DNA of 64,000 nt from positions 369,582,001-369,646,000 of the forward strand of contig OZ024743.1 of assembly GCA_964016885.1 (NCBI GenBank). The letters are read 5' to 3'. Position 1 is the first letter of the stretch. The number at the start of each line of letters is the position of its first letter. Shown here piece by piece: positions 13,906 to 33,035 of the stretch. Below the pieces are notes generated by a model. The model saw only the letters and a program-made list of their open reading frames with translations. It did not search any database and was not told the origin of the DNA. The stretch is from Eledone cirrhosa (Eukaryota). The position numbers and the translations under genes are program-made.

Positions 13906-14249
13906 CATCATCATCATCATCAACATTTTACGTCCGCTTTTCCCTGCTTGCAAGGGTGGGGCGGGAACTGATTCTGGCAGGATTTCTACAGCTGGATGCC
14001 CTTCCTAACACCAACCTCATTTACAGTGAGTGCTGGGTGCTGTTTTGCCGTGGCACCTCCACGACCAGTTTGCAGTGGAATGATAGGGACCCCAGTCCCT
14101 ATCATCTCATTTCTACAGCTGAGTAAACTGGAGCAATGTGAAATAAAGTGTCTTGCTCAAGGAAACAGCACATCACCCGGTCTGAGAATTGAACTCACAA
14201 CCTTTCGATTGTAAGGCCAATGCTCTAACAACTAAGCCATGTGCCTCCA

Positions 14250-14250
<1 letters not shown>
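13905..14250 (-). mobile_element. tRNA-derived SINE with RTE-derived 3' tail
   Basis: Minus strand: A box TGGCTTAGTTG, B box GAGTTCAATTC, tail GTTAGGAAGGGCATCCAGCTGTAGAAA...GGACGTAAAA(TGA)n shared with RTE 3' UTRs in this window. Confidence 0.88.
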
Positions 14251-17170
<2,920 letters not shown>

Positions 17171-17295
17171 GTGAAGATAGACATAGAATATTCGAAAATA
17201 TTCTGTATGTTTATAATAAACATTTTGAAGACCTAATCGCTATAGAATAGAATACGTCACGTATTACAATTAGATTCTCGATAAAAGCAAGGGAA

Positions 17296-17338
17296 GTAAC
17301 CTACGCGTTTCATTCTTATTAGAAATCTTCAGGATTAC
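17296..17338 (-). ncRNA. Inverted copy of the family B hammerhead
   Basis: Reverse complement of 17607-17649. Confidence 0.85.
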
Positions 17339-17606
17339 ATTCCCTTGCTTTTATCGAGAATCTAATTGTAATACGTGACGTATTCTATTCTATAGCGATT
17401 AGGTCTTCAAAATGTTTATTATAAACATACAGAATATTTTCGAATATTCTATGTCTATCTTCACATATATATCGCTACTTCAGAGCATTTATTCCAATTT
17501 CTAATTTCTGCCGGACCGGCAACCGCTCTTTCAAACCAGTTCCTGTACACAGCTAAGTATTCTATAAGTCTCTAGCTGTGTCATTCTCGATAAAAGCACT
17601 GGATAT

Positions 17607-17649
17607 GTAATCCTGAAGATTTCTAATAAGAATGAAACGCGTAGGTTAC
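17607..17649 (+). ncRNA. Minimal type I hammerhead ribozyme (canonical core)
   Basis: GTAATC-CTGAAGA-TTTCTAATAAGAAT-GAA-ACGCGT-A-GGTTAC. Stem I GUAAUC/GGUUAC, stem II UUCU/AGAA, GUA triplet. Confidence 0.85.
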
Positions 17650-17979
17650 TTCCCTTGCTTTTATCGAGAATCTAATTGTAATACGTGACGTATTCTATTC
17701 TATAGCGATTAGGTCTTCAAAATGTTTATTATAAACATACAGAATATTTTCGAATATTCTATGTCTATCTTCACATATATATCGCTACTTCAGAGCATTT
17801 ATTCCAATATATATGTATGTATATATATATATGTATGTATATATATATATGTATGTATATATATATATGTATGTATATATATATGTATGTATATATATAT
17901 GTATGTATATATATATGTATGTATATATATATATATGTATGTATATGTATGTATATATATATATATATGTATGTATATT

Positions 17980-18010
<31 letters not shown>

Positions 18011-18209
18011 ATATGTATGTATGTATATATATATGTATGTATATTTATATATATATATATATGTATGTATGTATATATATATGTATGTATATATATATGT
18101 ATATGTATGTATGTATATATATATGTATGTATATATATATGTATGTATATTTATATATATATATATATGTATGTATGTATATATATATGTATGTATATAT
18201 ATATGTATG

Positions 18210-18272
<63 letters not shown>

Positions 18273-18357
18273 GTATGTATATATGTATATATATATGTAT
18301 ATATCTATATATGTATGTATATATATATGTATGTATATATGTATATATCTATATATG

Positions 18358-18636
18358 TATTTCGTTTCTGAATTTGACAAACAAAATGGCGTAGGATAGA
18401 AGAAAGGAAAGGCACAGAAACGAAGAAAGAAATCCCCAGTCACTGAAGAGGTCACAGAGTGTGTGACGAAAGAACTATGACTATATATATATAAACAACT
18501 ATCTGGTTGTGGAACCAACCAACCAGAAATTTATAAATTTGTAAATTTATAAATATTTAATAAATTAAATTGAAGTGAAAGCAACTGGTGCGTGTGTTTC
18601 TTATTGGCAACATGATCCTCCCAAAGTATAACAATA
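18358..18636 (+). mobile_element. Family C short PLE-like pseudo-LTR element between microsatellites
   Basis: Homologous to 22396-22621. Its left end (TATTTCGTTTCTGAATTTG) is the reverse complement of the 3' tail of the 22.6-kb copy. Confidence 0.75.
18438..18482 (+). ncRNA. Minimal type I hammerhead ribozyme (family C)
   Basis: AGTCA-CTGAAGA-G-GTCACA GAGTG TGTGAC-GAA-AGAACT-A-TGACT. Stems I and II pair perfectly; one extra base after A9; CUA triplet. Confidence 0.8.
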
Positions 18637-18858
18637 TCTATATATGTATGTATATATATATGTATGTATATATATATGTATATATATATATGTATATGTA
18701 TCTATATATATGTATGTATATATATATATGTATATATATATATGTATGTATGTATATATATATATGTATGTATATATGTATGTATGTATATATATATGTA
18801 TGTATATATGTATGTATGTATGTATATATATGTATGTATGTATGTATATATATGTATG

Positions 18859-18924
<66 letters not shown>

Positions 18925-18926
18925 TA

Positions 18927-19268
18927 TGATGGAGGCACATGGCTTAGTGGTTAGAGCATTGGCCTTGCAATCGAAAGGTTGTGAGTTCAATTCTCAGACC
19001 GGGTGATGTGTTGTTTCCTTGAGCAAGGCACTTTATTTCACATTGCTCCAGTTTACTCAGCTGTAGAAATGAGATGATAGGGACTGGTGTCCCTATCATT
19101 CCACTGTAAAGTGGTCGTGGAGGTGCCACGGCAAAAAAGCACCCAGCACTCACTGTAAATGAGGTTGGTGTTAGGAAGGGCATCCAGCTGTAGAAAATCA
19201 AGCCAGCATCAGTTCCCATCCCACCCTTGCAAGCAGGGAAAAAGCGGATGTAAAATGAAATGATGATG
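18927..19268 (+). mobile_element. Same tRNA/RTE SINE, opposite orientation
   Basis: High identity to the reverse complement of 13905-14250. Confidence 0.88.
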
Positions 19269-19312
19269 AATGAAATGATATGTATGTATGTATGTATGTA
19301 TATATATGTATG

Positions 19313-19379
<67 letters not shown>

Positions 19380-19515
19380 ATATATATGTATGTATGTATG
19401 TATATATATATATATGTATGTATGTATGTATATATATATGTATGTATGTATGTATATGTATGTATGTATATATATATATGTATGTATGTATGTATGTATA
19501 TATATATATATATAT

Positions 19516-20759
19516 ATCAAAGTACTAGTTTGTAGGAAAGAAAACAAGGCGGCGGTCCCTTCTGGGAAATGGTCGTGCTCGGTGTGTAGGAAAGGCGTAG
19601 GTAGAAACTCCATTTTATGTCCTAAATGCAAAGTATGGGTGCATAAAAGATGTAGTGGGATCACAGGTAAGCTAACTAAGAACATAGATTTTACATGTGG
19701 CCGGTGCTCTGGTGCAATAAGTAGCAGCAAGTGCCCACAAACTACTAGCTCTTTCAATTGCGCAGAGGGTTCTATAGAAATAGTGGACAGCTTCCGTTAC
19801 CTGGGCGATAAAATCAGCAGTGGGGGAGGGTGCTCTGAAAGTACTGTAGCTAGAGTCAGAACTGGTTGGAAAAAGTTCAGAGAGCTTATACCACTATTAG
19901 CTGCTAAAGGGTTCTCACTAAAAATGAAAGGCAGGTTGTACGATGCCTGCATACGAACAGCAATGCTGCATGTCAGTGAGACCTGGGCATTGTGTGCAGA
20001 GGATATACGCAGACTAGAGAGGAACGAAGCTTGCATGCTCCGCTGGATGTGTAACAGTAATATACGTGAACGGCAAAGCATAAACGAACTAAGGAATAAA
20101 TTAGAGATAAGAGGGATCAGATGTTGTTTACTCGAGAGAAGGCTACGTTGGTATGGACACGTGATGCGCATGAAAGTCGATAGCTGTATAACAAAGTGCA
20201 GGGCAATAAAGATAGACGGTAGTCACGGAATAGGCAGACCTAGAAAAACCTGGGACGAGCTGATAAACTCCGACATCACACACTTACACCTCTCCAAGAC
20301 AATGTCACTGGACCGAGACCTTTGGCGGTACTCAGTAACAGAGAAGACCCGCCTTACCTAAATATATAGTAAAACCTACTCCAGCCAGTAGGCATCTCTA
20401 ACAAAATACACCCCGTCCCACCACCCCCACCCCCACCCGATCCACACCACCCCGTTCTATGTAAAGTTATGTTGGTGCCGCGCCATCGAGGCCGAAACAA
20501 ATGAGATCGTGTAGGTGTCACGACAAAAAAACACACAGTCCACGCTGTAATGTGGCCGTGTAGGCAACACGGTAAAAACCTCCCAGACCCACACTGTAAA
20601 TGTGGTTGGTGTTAGGAAGGGCATCCAACTGTAGAAAACCTGCCAGACAGTCCTATGCGAGCAAGACAACCACTCTTGCCTCAAGTGGGACTACCCCCGT
20701 CCAAACCCATGCAAGCGTGGAACACGGACGTTAAACGTTGATGATGATGATGATGATGA

Positions 20760-20760
<1 letters not shown>
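19516..20760 (+). mobile_element. RTE-clade LINE, 5'-truncated (ORF C-terminus with Cys/His finger, 3' UTR, (GAT)n tail)
   Basis: KVLVC...[28 protein letters not shown]...FRYLG...RLRWYGHVMR...GRPRKTW, stop at 20361. Confidence 0.93.
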
Positions 20761-22395
<1,635 letters not shown>

Positions 22396-22402
<7 letters not shown>

Positions 22403-22621
22403 ACGAAAGAACTATGACTATATATAAACAACTATCTGGTTGTGGAACCAACCAACCAACCAGAAATTTATAAATTTATAAATTTATTATAATAAATTGA
22501 AGTGAAAGCAACTGGTGCGTGTGTTTCTTATTGGCAACATGACCCTCCCAAATTATAACAATATCGGTTTCAACACACGATTTCAGATAAAGAATCTTGC
22601 TAAACAAATTCAGAAACGAAA
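22396..22621 (+). mobile_element. Family C copy, 5'-truncated inside the hammerhead stem II
   Basis: Starts GTGTGTGACGAAAGAACTATGACT and matches 18459-18636, then continues into an extra tail and (TA)n. Confidence 0.75.
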
Positions 22622-22625
22622 TATA

Positions 22626-22675
<50 letters not shown>

Positions 22676-22723
22676 CATCAGGAAAGAAGGTTTACATGGT
22701 TTGCTATACAAAAAAGTTTTTAA

Positions 22724-22842
22724 TCACATAGCTTACATTTGTTTCACTGGGCTGGTATGTCTAGAGATCGCTATCCGCCTAATTTTGCGTCACTCGATCG
22801 CCAATACAGAATTATAACCAGTCAGATCTTCGGAGCATGCGA
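22724..22842 (-). ncRNA. Hammerhead-like fold with long stem II insert (core CCGAAGA, U4C) in a short element between (TA)n tracts
   Basis: Minus strand TCGCATGCT-CCGAAGA-TCTGACTGGT...ACCAGCCCAGT-GAA-ACAAATGT-A-AGCTATGTGA. Stem I is 9 bp with one bulge. Confidence 0.55.
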
Positions 22843-22844
22843 GA

Positions 22845-24508
<1,664 letters not shown>

Positions 24509-24733
24509 CAAACAGCACGGACACTCTATCTCAAAATTATTTTTGAAAAGCATTTAGAAATGCGCAACCGGTAAAAACTTAAAAACTTAAAACCACAACT
24601 GAATACTAACCCATACAATCACTAATACTCTTTTATTCCTAATTAAACCATTTTTCAACTGTGAACAATTTGTCAGCATTTTCTATTCCGTTTACCAATA
24701 TATAATAACGTGTGTGTTACACCTCTATTCTTT

Positions 24734-24782
<49 letters not shown>

Positions 24783-25155
24783 GTCATCATCATCATCATC
24801 ATCATCACCGTTTTACGTCCGTTCTTCCACGCTAGCATGGGTTAGACGGGTTGTCCTGTTGTGGGCAGTGTCTGGTCGGCTGACCATGCCTTGCTCATAC
24901 AGGAACTGATCTGGCTTGATTTCTACAGCTGGATGCCCTTCCTAACACCAACCTCATTTACAGTGAGTGCTGGGTGCTTTTTCGTGGCGCCTACACGTCC
25001 ACTTTACAGTGTGGGCTGGGTGCTTTTTTGCCGTGGCACCTCCACGACCACCTTGCGGTGGGGGGGGGGGGGGCATATTGTTTATATGCTTCAGCATGTA
25101 CCCATGGGAGGTCGGGTACCCTGTATTACTGCGTGACGCCAGAAGTCACGGTCGT
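24783..25155 (-). mobile_element. RTE 3' end of a different subfamily (near-identical to 33633-34002)
   Basis: Direct sequence match; (CAT)n tail on +. Confidence 0.85.
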
Positions 25156-25158
25156 GTA

Positions 25159-25197
<39 letters not shown>

Positions 25198-25246
25198 ATA
25201 TATATATATATATATATGTATGTGTATATATATATATATATATATG

Positions 25247-25276
<30 letters not shown>

Positions 25277-25277
<1 letters not shown>

Positions 25278-26946
25278 CCAAAGATCTCGGTCCAGTGACA
25301 TTGTCTTGGAGAGGTGTAAGTGTGTGAGGCCGGAATTTATCAAGGGTCTGCCTACTCTGTGGCTACCGTCTATTTTTATCGCCGTACACTTTTTTATACA
25401 GCTGTCGTCTTTCATGCGCATCATGTGACCATACCAACGTAGTCTTCTCTCGAGTAAACAACATCTGATCCCTCTTATTCCTAATTTCTCACTTAGTTCC
25501 TTTATCCTTTGCCATTCACGTATATTACTATTACACATCCAACGGAGCATGCAAGCTTCGCTCCTCCAGTCTGCGTATATCCTCTGCAGAGAATGCCCAA
25601 GTCTCAGTGCCATGTAACATTGATGTTCGTATGCAGGCATCATATAGGCTGCCTTTCATTTTTAGAGAGAAACCTTTAGCGGCCAATAGTGGTATAAGCT
25701 GTCTGAACTTTTTTCATCCCGTTCTGACTCTAGCTACTGTACTTTCAGAGCACCCTCCACCACTGCCTATTTTGTCACCTAGGTAACGGAAGGTGTCCAC
25801 TATTTCTATAGAACCATCTGTGCAATGGAATGAGCTAGTATTCTGTGGGCACTTGCTGCTACTTATTGCACCTGAGTACCGGCCACATATAAAATCTATA
25901 TTCTTAGTTAGCTTACCTGTGATCCCACTACATCTTTTATGCACCCATACTTTGCATTTGCATTTGGGACATAAAATGAAGTTTCAGGCTACTCCTTTCC
26001 TACACACTGAGCATGGCCATTTCCAAGATGGGTCTAGTGCCCTATTTTCCTTCTTACAAACTAGAACTTTAGTCTTAGACAGGTTAATTTTAAGGCCTTT
26101 TAATTCTAGGCCATGCTTCCATGTTTGGAATTTCTTCTCTAGTTCAGCCATTGATTCAGATATGAGCGTTAGATCATCTGCGTATAGCAGTTCCCATGGG
26201 CAGCCGGTCCTGAACTCCTCTGTTATAGCCTGAAGGGCAATAATAAATAGGAGGGGGCTAAGGACGGAGCCCTGATGAACACCAACTTTTACGCTAAACT
26301 CTTCACTATATTTGTTGTTAATTCTAACCTTGCTGACTGTTTCTTTATACAGGGCTTGTATAGCTCTCACAAGCCATTCGTCAACACCTAGTTTTCTGAG
26401 AGCCCACCAGATAATCGAACGGGGGACTCTGTCGAAGGCTTTCTCCAAGTCGACAAAAGCTAAGTATAGGGGTTTACTTTTAGCTAGGTACTTCTCCTGT
26501 AGTTGTCGTACAATGAAAAGAGCGTCTGTGGAACTTTTGCCTGACACAAACCCGAACTGCATTTCATCCAGATCAATTCTCTCTCTGATTAGTTGTGCTA
26601 TTACTTTTTCCGTGACCTTCATGACCTGGTCGATTAATTTAATGCCTCTATAGTTACTCCTATCTAGGGCATCTCCTTTACCCTTGTAGCAGTTAATGAT
26701 GATGCTGCTACGCCAGTCCTTCGGAACAACCCCATTCTGTATGACTTGGTTTACTATCCGGGTGACCATGGTGTGTCCCACCGAACCAGATGCCTTCAGC
26801 ATTTCAGCAACTATTTCCGAAGGCCCAGCCGCCTTACCTGTCTTCATATCTTTGATTGCCTTACTTATTATACTACCTTCAACTAACACTGCTGGTCCCT
26901 CTATTGGGTCGATGTGGGGGAGACTGTCTTTCTCCCATTTATTCTC

Positions 26947-26948
<2 letters not shown>
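25277..26948 (-). mobile_element. RTE-clade LINE RT domain fragment, frameshifted
   Basis: [32 protein letters not shown]. Both ends abut (TA)n. Confidence 0.93.
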
Positions 26949-26983
<35 letters not shown>

Positions 26984-27313
26984 GTATATATGTGTATATG
27001 TATATGTATATATGTGTATATATATATGTATATATATATGTATATATATATGTATATGTATATATGTATATATGTGTATATATATATGTATATATATGTA
27101 TATATATGTATATATATGTATATGTATATATATGTATATATATATGTATATATATGTATATATATGTATATATATGTATATATATATATATGTATATATA
27201 TATGTATATATATGTATATATATATGTATATAGAGAAAGAGAAAGAGCGAGAGAGAGAAAACACTGGAAGGTAATTTCCGTAGTGGTAGAGCACTCAATC
27301 CATGGGACGAGTC

Positions 27314-27375
<62 letters not shown>

Positions 27376-27682
27376 ATCATCGTCATCATTCAACTGTTTT
27401 TTCCTGCTAGCTATGCTTAAATACATGCAAACACATATGTACATATGCGTAATGTTACACGTGTGCCAAACAAAGAAATCACATTCTTTGCACCACATGT
27501 GCCATGAATGTAAGTCTTTGTAGACTTTTCATGCCATATAAATTAAACCATGTTGTGAAAGGAAAGCAGGAAAAAAATGATCTTGCAATTTAGATTTGTG
27601 TATTGTGTATGAATGAGTTAACATGAGGCAATAACTTGCCAACAATTATATATATATAAATATATAATCGTTATTTTATTAT

Positions 27683-27771
27683 ATGACTTCTACAGGACTA
27701 GAACTGTTTCGTTTGTAGGAAATAATGGTGATTTCTTACAAATGAAACAGCTCTAGTCCCGTAGAAGTCAT
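27683..27771. repeat. Fold-back inverted repeat containing only the 3' half of a hammerhead (GAAACAGCTCTAGTC)
   Basis: ATGACTTCTACAGGACTAGAACTGTTTCGTTTGTAGGAAAT pairs with ATTTCTTACAAATGAAACAGCTCTAGTCCCGTAGAAGTCAT. TA runs nearby on both sides. Confidence 0.55.
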
Positions 27772-28603
27772 TTCTGTAATAAAATAAATATACCTTAACG
27801 TATCGAGTACCTTTTTTTAACTGGTCACCTCTCGATAAACATTGGGAATCCAGTTATTATGTATATATATCCAGCTGTAAAGGATACATCCTATAATAAA
27901 TTATAGGTATTCGTACAGAATTTATATAGTGTTGCTATTATTCAATAATAAATGATACACATGTTGAAATATCTAATAATAGCCGATATGCAAAGTGTTG
28001 ATGGACCCAATAATAAAGTTTATACAAATAATCTTGATATTATTCAGTAATAAAGGATTCTCTACACATCTCATTTAAAAGATATCAAATGGATCATCTT
28101 TAATTGAAAATAATCATATGTACTTTAACAACCAAATATCTATATTTCATTTGATGTAGATGAACAAAAATGTCCACCACAGCAATATTTGAAACCACAT
28201 TTGTTCCACTTGTAGCATCTGCTGCTGTGCTAGTTTTCCTACTTAATGGCTGATAGTTTTCATTACTGTAAAATATTTAATCAATTTCCTCTCTTCCCTG
28301 GTGAATGCTCCGCAGCCTATATTGCTTCATTAGCAATCATATTTTCTGCTTACATGAAAAATGACTCTGCCTGTGCATATCTCTCTCTCCTTTTTACTCA
28401 TACCTCATTCTCTGTCTTCTCTCTCCCATGCTTTTCTCCCACTCACTCTCCTACTCATTTCTCACATTCCTATTATTGCTTTTCTCCCCTTCTTGCTTTT
28501 TATCTCTCCTTCCATACCCTAGCACTCCTTATTCCCACCCCCACTAGGCTCCTGCCTCTTTTCTGGCTATTTTCTGTGATTCTTCCATCAGTCACAGACC
28601 ACA

Positions 28604-28647
<44 letters not shown>

Positions 28648-29099
28648 AAGGGCATTCCTTACTGATCTTCAAAGTAGTTTGTAAAATCTGATCAAAGTTC
28701 AAATTCTCACAAATTTTGTCCCCTTAGGAACAATATTGGTGGCAGTAAATTGCATTCATCTTTTTGTTTTTTCTTCTAATAAATATACTCATGTCATAAA
28801 TCTGAACAGATTTGTTCTGAGTTTAGTTGAAAACTCAAACATCTCTAAAAAAATATATTTATGCATGAGTATTTTACAAATCTAGGCAAAAATAACTCTT
28901 ATTTTCCTTTTAATCCTCCCCCAAAATAAAGTTAAGGGAGATGATTCAGAGCAATGTATGACTTTATGTAGGCTCTTCCAGATTGTTTTGATATAGTTGA
29001 CATAGTGGGGCTGTTATTTTCTCCATCTCACATAACAAATGTTGTTTTACATCAGCTTCAGTATTCGGTCATTAGAAGGGAGATAGGTATAACAGCCAA

Positions 29100-30060
29100 G
29101 CTCGCTATCTTCAATTCACTGTTAGCATCAACGACTGCTTCAATACGAGGTCTGAAACATTGACGTGTTTGAATCAGATGATCTTTATCTATTTTGGACA
29201 TTGTGCTAGTTATGGCCAACTTCAGAGATTTTATAGTGTTACAGGAGCATTGATTGATTTCCCTCTTGACTACACTCCATGCATAGTAATCCTACGGATT
29301 GAGTTCTGGAGAGCAAGTAGGCCATGTTTGGTGTGATGTGATTGTGGATATTGTAACTCATCTAATCTTAGGTCATATTGGCCTTATGAGATGGCACAAA
29401 GTCTTGTTGATAGCTGTACGATTTTCTTTTGTTTATGCTCTCTATCCAAGGTTTCACAACCCTCTCGAACACCTTAGAGTCAACAGTATTGGCCCTTAAG
29501 CCCTGAGAAAAAAACTGAGGAGGCATGATATCTCCCTCATTGCTCACAACTTCCAGAACTATCATAGTTGCTGGAAACTTTGTGTTTGGGGCTGCCAGAA
29601 CAGCTTTAGGGTGTCTGCATAAGTATCTTTCATTCCTTCAGTTGACCTTTTGGTCTTGATAAAGTTACCTCAGAAAAAATCAAAACAAAGCATTCCAACC
29701 AACACTTTGCGTGTTTCAGATGGCTATCTTTTGTCTTCGCAGACATGAATTGGCCTCTCTGCATCACATATGGCTTGTATCCAAGGTTCTCATGCACAAT
29801 TCTTCTGATAGTGAGCCTTGAAACCTACCTTTCATACAAATTTGAATACTCTGATGGTATTATGACCGTTAGCAGTTGTTTTATGTTTGGCTACTGTTGT
29901 AGAATCCCCATTAGTGATTTCCAGCTCATTGCGAAGTTTGACAACAAACGACCATGCAATTTTCAGGAAAGGAGCAATCTCTAAATCACTATGCTCTACC
30001 TTTAAGGCAATGATTACAGTATGCTTTTTATTTGCTGAGTTAGCTTGATGTCTCTCATCA
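29100..30060 (-). mobile_element. Older degenerate maT-like transposase relic
   Basis: KFPATMIVLEVVSNEGDIMPPQFF, YQQDFVPSHKA, SPELNP*DYYAW. TIRs not recognised. Confidence 0.8.
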
Positions 30061-31059
30061 TTTATCTGAAAAGAAATGTTAAACAGAACAAGTTAGAAAA
30101 AAAGTTAGAGCTATTAAAAGATGTGTCTTCAACGAACTGAGCAATCTTATATGTCCTCATTGGCAAGTACAATAAATTGATATGTGCAAAGGAAGATATT
30201 CAACAAGGAAAGATTAAGTGTTTAGTACAAAGTTTGTTGACAATGTTCAATAGAAAGGATAGTTGAGAAAAAGCAGGGGAATTAATTGGTTGACAATCTC
30301 ATAGTGTAGAAGAGTAAGAAACATTTAAGTAGCAATAAAAAAAAAACAGAGCAGGTAGAAGCATTACAGCTTTGAATAGAATGCCTTGTATTTGTTCCAG
30401 ATCTCTGTATTCATGTTCAAATCCTACCAAAGTCAACTTTCCTTTTTATTCGTACAAGATAGATAAATACTGGGGTCCATTCATCTCTCTATTCTCCCCT
30501 CTCCTCTCTCTCAATCAACTTGTGCTGTGCCATGAGAAGGATTATGGGGACTACAGCATCCCTGTCACCAGAACTTTTACACTCAGTATTAAAAATTATG
30601 TTGTTGTTTGGCCTCAGGTTATCCCTGAGAAGAGCTAGAATAAAACACATTCCAATGATGAACATCCTTTGAACTTATGACAACATTGTTGAAAAGTTCT
30701 TTTTCTAAGATGGTGCATGTGATTTTAGGAAAATTCACTGCTATTTCTTTCAGGACAATTACCAACCTCTTCTTTTGAAAAACCTCATAAGTTAGAAAAA
30801 TCTATTAGTTTAGTAACATTGGCTATTGAATCACATATATCCCATGTGTACACCAGTTTTTAGAACAGGTACAATATATCTCTGTGTGTTGTAAGAGATG
30901 TCTAAAAGGTTTGGCATCAGGAAGTGCATCTGAATGTGAAACATTGCCTCTAAACTTCCCATCCAAACCATACCAGCATAGAAAAATGGACATAAAACGA
31001 TGATGAGCATACAATATAGGTACATTTAAAAAAATTAACTACAATTGGTCTTTCCCAAA

Positions 31060-32450
31060 TTAGGGTCTGTATTAGAGTGTATTCCAGAATACACTTCCTA
31101 CTCTCAGTTTACTGACAGCTCCTCTGTAAATGGGTTTCACTGTGTTCACAAACATTTTTTCTACACCTAATTTTCTTAAGGACCACCAGGTAATTGATCA
31201 AGGTACTCTGTCACAGGCCTTCTCTACATCAACAGCATCTCAACAACTATTTCTGATGGCCCTGTAGCTTTACTTTTTTTCATCTCTTTGATTGTGTCTT
31301 TGACTCTAAAACTATCAATTTCAATAGCTGGTCCTTTCTTTGGGTAAGTTAGGGATAATTTCTCTTTCTGCCATTCATTCTCTATATTCATTAATCTCTT
31401 ATTGCCTAGCTTCTTTCTTAGCTACTTGGTACCAGTCTCTACTACCACCATTTTTCCAGTCTTTCTATACCTGTCTCTTGGCTTTAATGGCTATATCTAC
31501 TGAGCTGTTCCACCACCAGGTCACCCACTGTCTGGCTGGTGCTTTACTCCAGCTGCAAGTCTTGCCAGTTGTTCGCATAAGGTTGTCGCGTAAGAATTTC
31601 CAGTTGTCCTCTATGGTGTATGTATCTAGCTTGTCATCCCCCTCATCAAGTGCATCCTGTAGGGCCTTTCTAAACCTATACTTAACCAAGTGGTCCTTTA
31701 GCTTCCACACCTGTCTCTATATTTTCCTGCGTGTCTTGGTCTGTTTTTTGTTTATTTTGATGTCACTAATCACGAACTTGTGCTGGGCAGTGCATTCTTC
31801 CCCAGGGAACGCCTTAGTATTATAGACCATTTGTCTTGTTTTACAAGTAAGAAATCAATTTGGCTTGTGTGTTCACCTGACTGAGATGAAATTAGGTAGT
31901 TGGCTGGTTTCCTGAAATTTGTGTTGCAAATGGTTGATTTATTTGGACACTGAGTTCCAGGAGTCGCAGCCCCTTGTCATTCCCATAACCATAGCCGCCA
32001 TGAACTCTGCTGAATCCATCCTGGTACTGTCCCACAAGTCCATTGAAGCCGTTTGCCAGGATGATGAGGTCCCTTTCATCAGTACCTGAAGTTGTCAGTA
32101 AAAGTTCCTCATAGAACTTGTCCTTTTGTTCTTTACCCAGTCCTGTGATTGTCACCAGTCTATTTCCAACAGTTAATCTAAGCTTGATGATTCTGTCACT
32201 TACTCTAACCACCTCTATCACCTTATCTATCCATTTCTCAGCTAGTAGGATGCCTACGCTATTGTCATTTTCTATCCAGTAGAGTTTATATCTAAGTTAC
32301 TTGCCCATGATTAGTCTCGCTGAGGAAGCCCTCCATCTCACTTTGTGTGCACAGCATGCATCTACTCCTCTTCTCTCTAGCAGTTCCACAATTTCACCTG
32401 ATCTGCCTTTCAGGGTACCAACATTGAGAGAGGCAGTCCTGAGATTTGTA
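31060..32450 (-). mobile_element. Degenerate RTE LINE: AP endonuclease and linker
   Basis: LNVGTLKGRSGEIVE, EVVRVSDRIIKLRL, GFNGLVG...HGGYGYG, TWWWNSSV. Confidence 0.8.
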
Positions 32451-33035
32451 CCTTGATAGTTGTTGTTACAATCATCAATGAAAATTTATTATTAAAAATT
32501 GTTTCTGTATCAGAAGAATGGAGATGGGTGTAAAAGCCAAAGTCGCTATCTTCAATTTGGTATTCATGCTAACCATTAACTATGATCATGAAAAGGTAAT
32601 GAACTAAAGAATATGATTGCAAATATAAATGACTAAAATGGAGATCAGAGAGTCGCTACAGGTAGAGCCACTACTTCTCCAAATTGAAATATCACAACTC
32701 CAATATTATGGGCATGTGGTTAAAATGCATAAGGAAAGAATCACTAGACAGATTTTATGGGAAGAACCAACCAGTAGGAGACCCAGGGGTAGACTCTGAG
32801 CAAGATGTATGGATATCATAAGCTCAGCTGGTCTTGCTTGGGGATCAAGGCAGATCAATTGGAAATAGTTGCTTCTGACAGGACTCACTGGAAGTCATGC
32901 TTGATGACTGCCTCCACAACTCACCGAGGAATAAGTTGGAGAAGTAGATGTTTGCGTATTCCTGTCAGCAATGAATTAATTATAGAATATTTTCTGACTT
33001 TGTGTTTATATTTTGCTTTGTTTTGTTTCTAACAG

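Larger units (their letters stand above)
17171..17808 (+). mobile_element. Family B PLE-like/retrozyme-like element: inverted 5' fragment (17171-17340) plus 310-bp tandem unit, in microsatellite
   Basis: TCCCTTGCTT at 17341 and 17651 gives period 310. The left arm is a reverse complement. The direct copy has a roughly 30-nt tail absent from the inverted arm, as described for Penelope pseudo-LTRs. Confidence 0.85.
17808..19516. repeat. Three TA/TATG tracts separated by small elements
   Basis: Tracts at 17808-18358, 18636-18927 and 19278-19516. Confidence 0.95.

Noticed and set aside
24510-24738. Unique island between TA tracts ending TTTAACT-(AT)n, like the end at 52621
   Set aside because: No HHR motif or second copy is visible, so it cannot be assigned.
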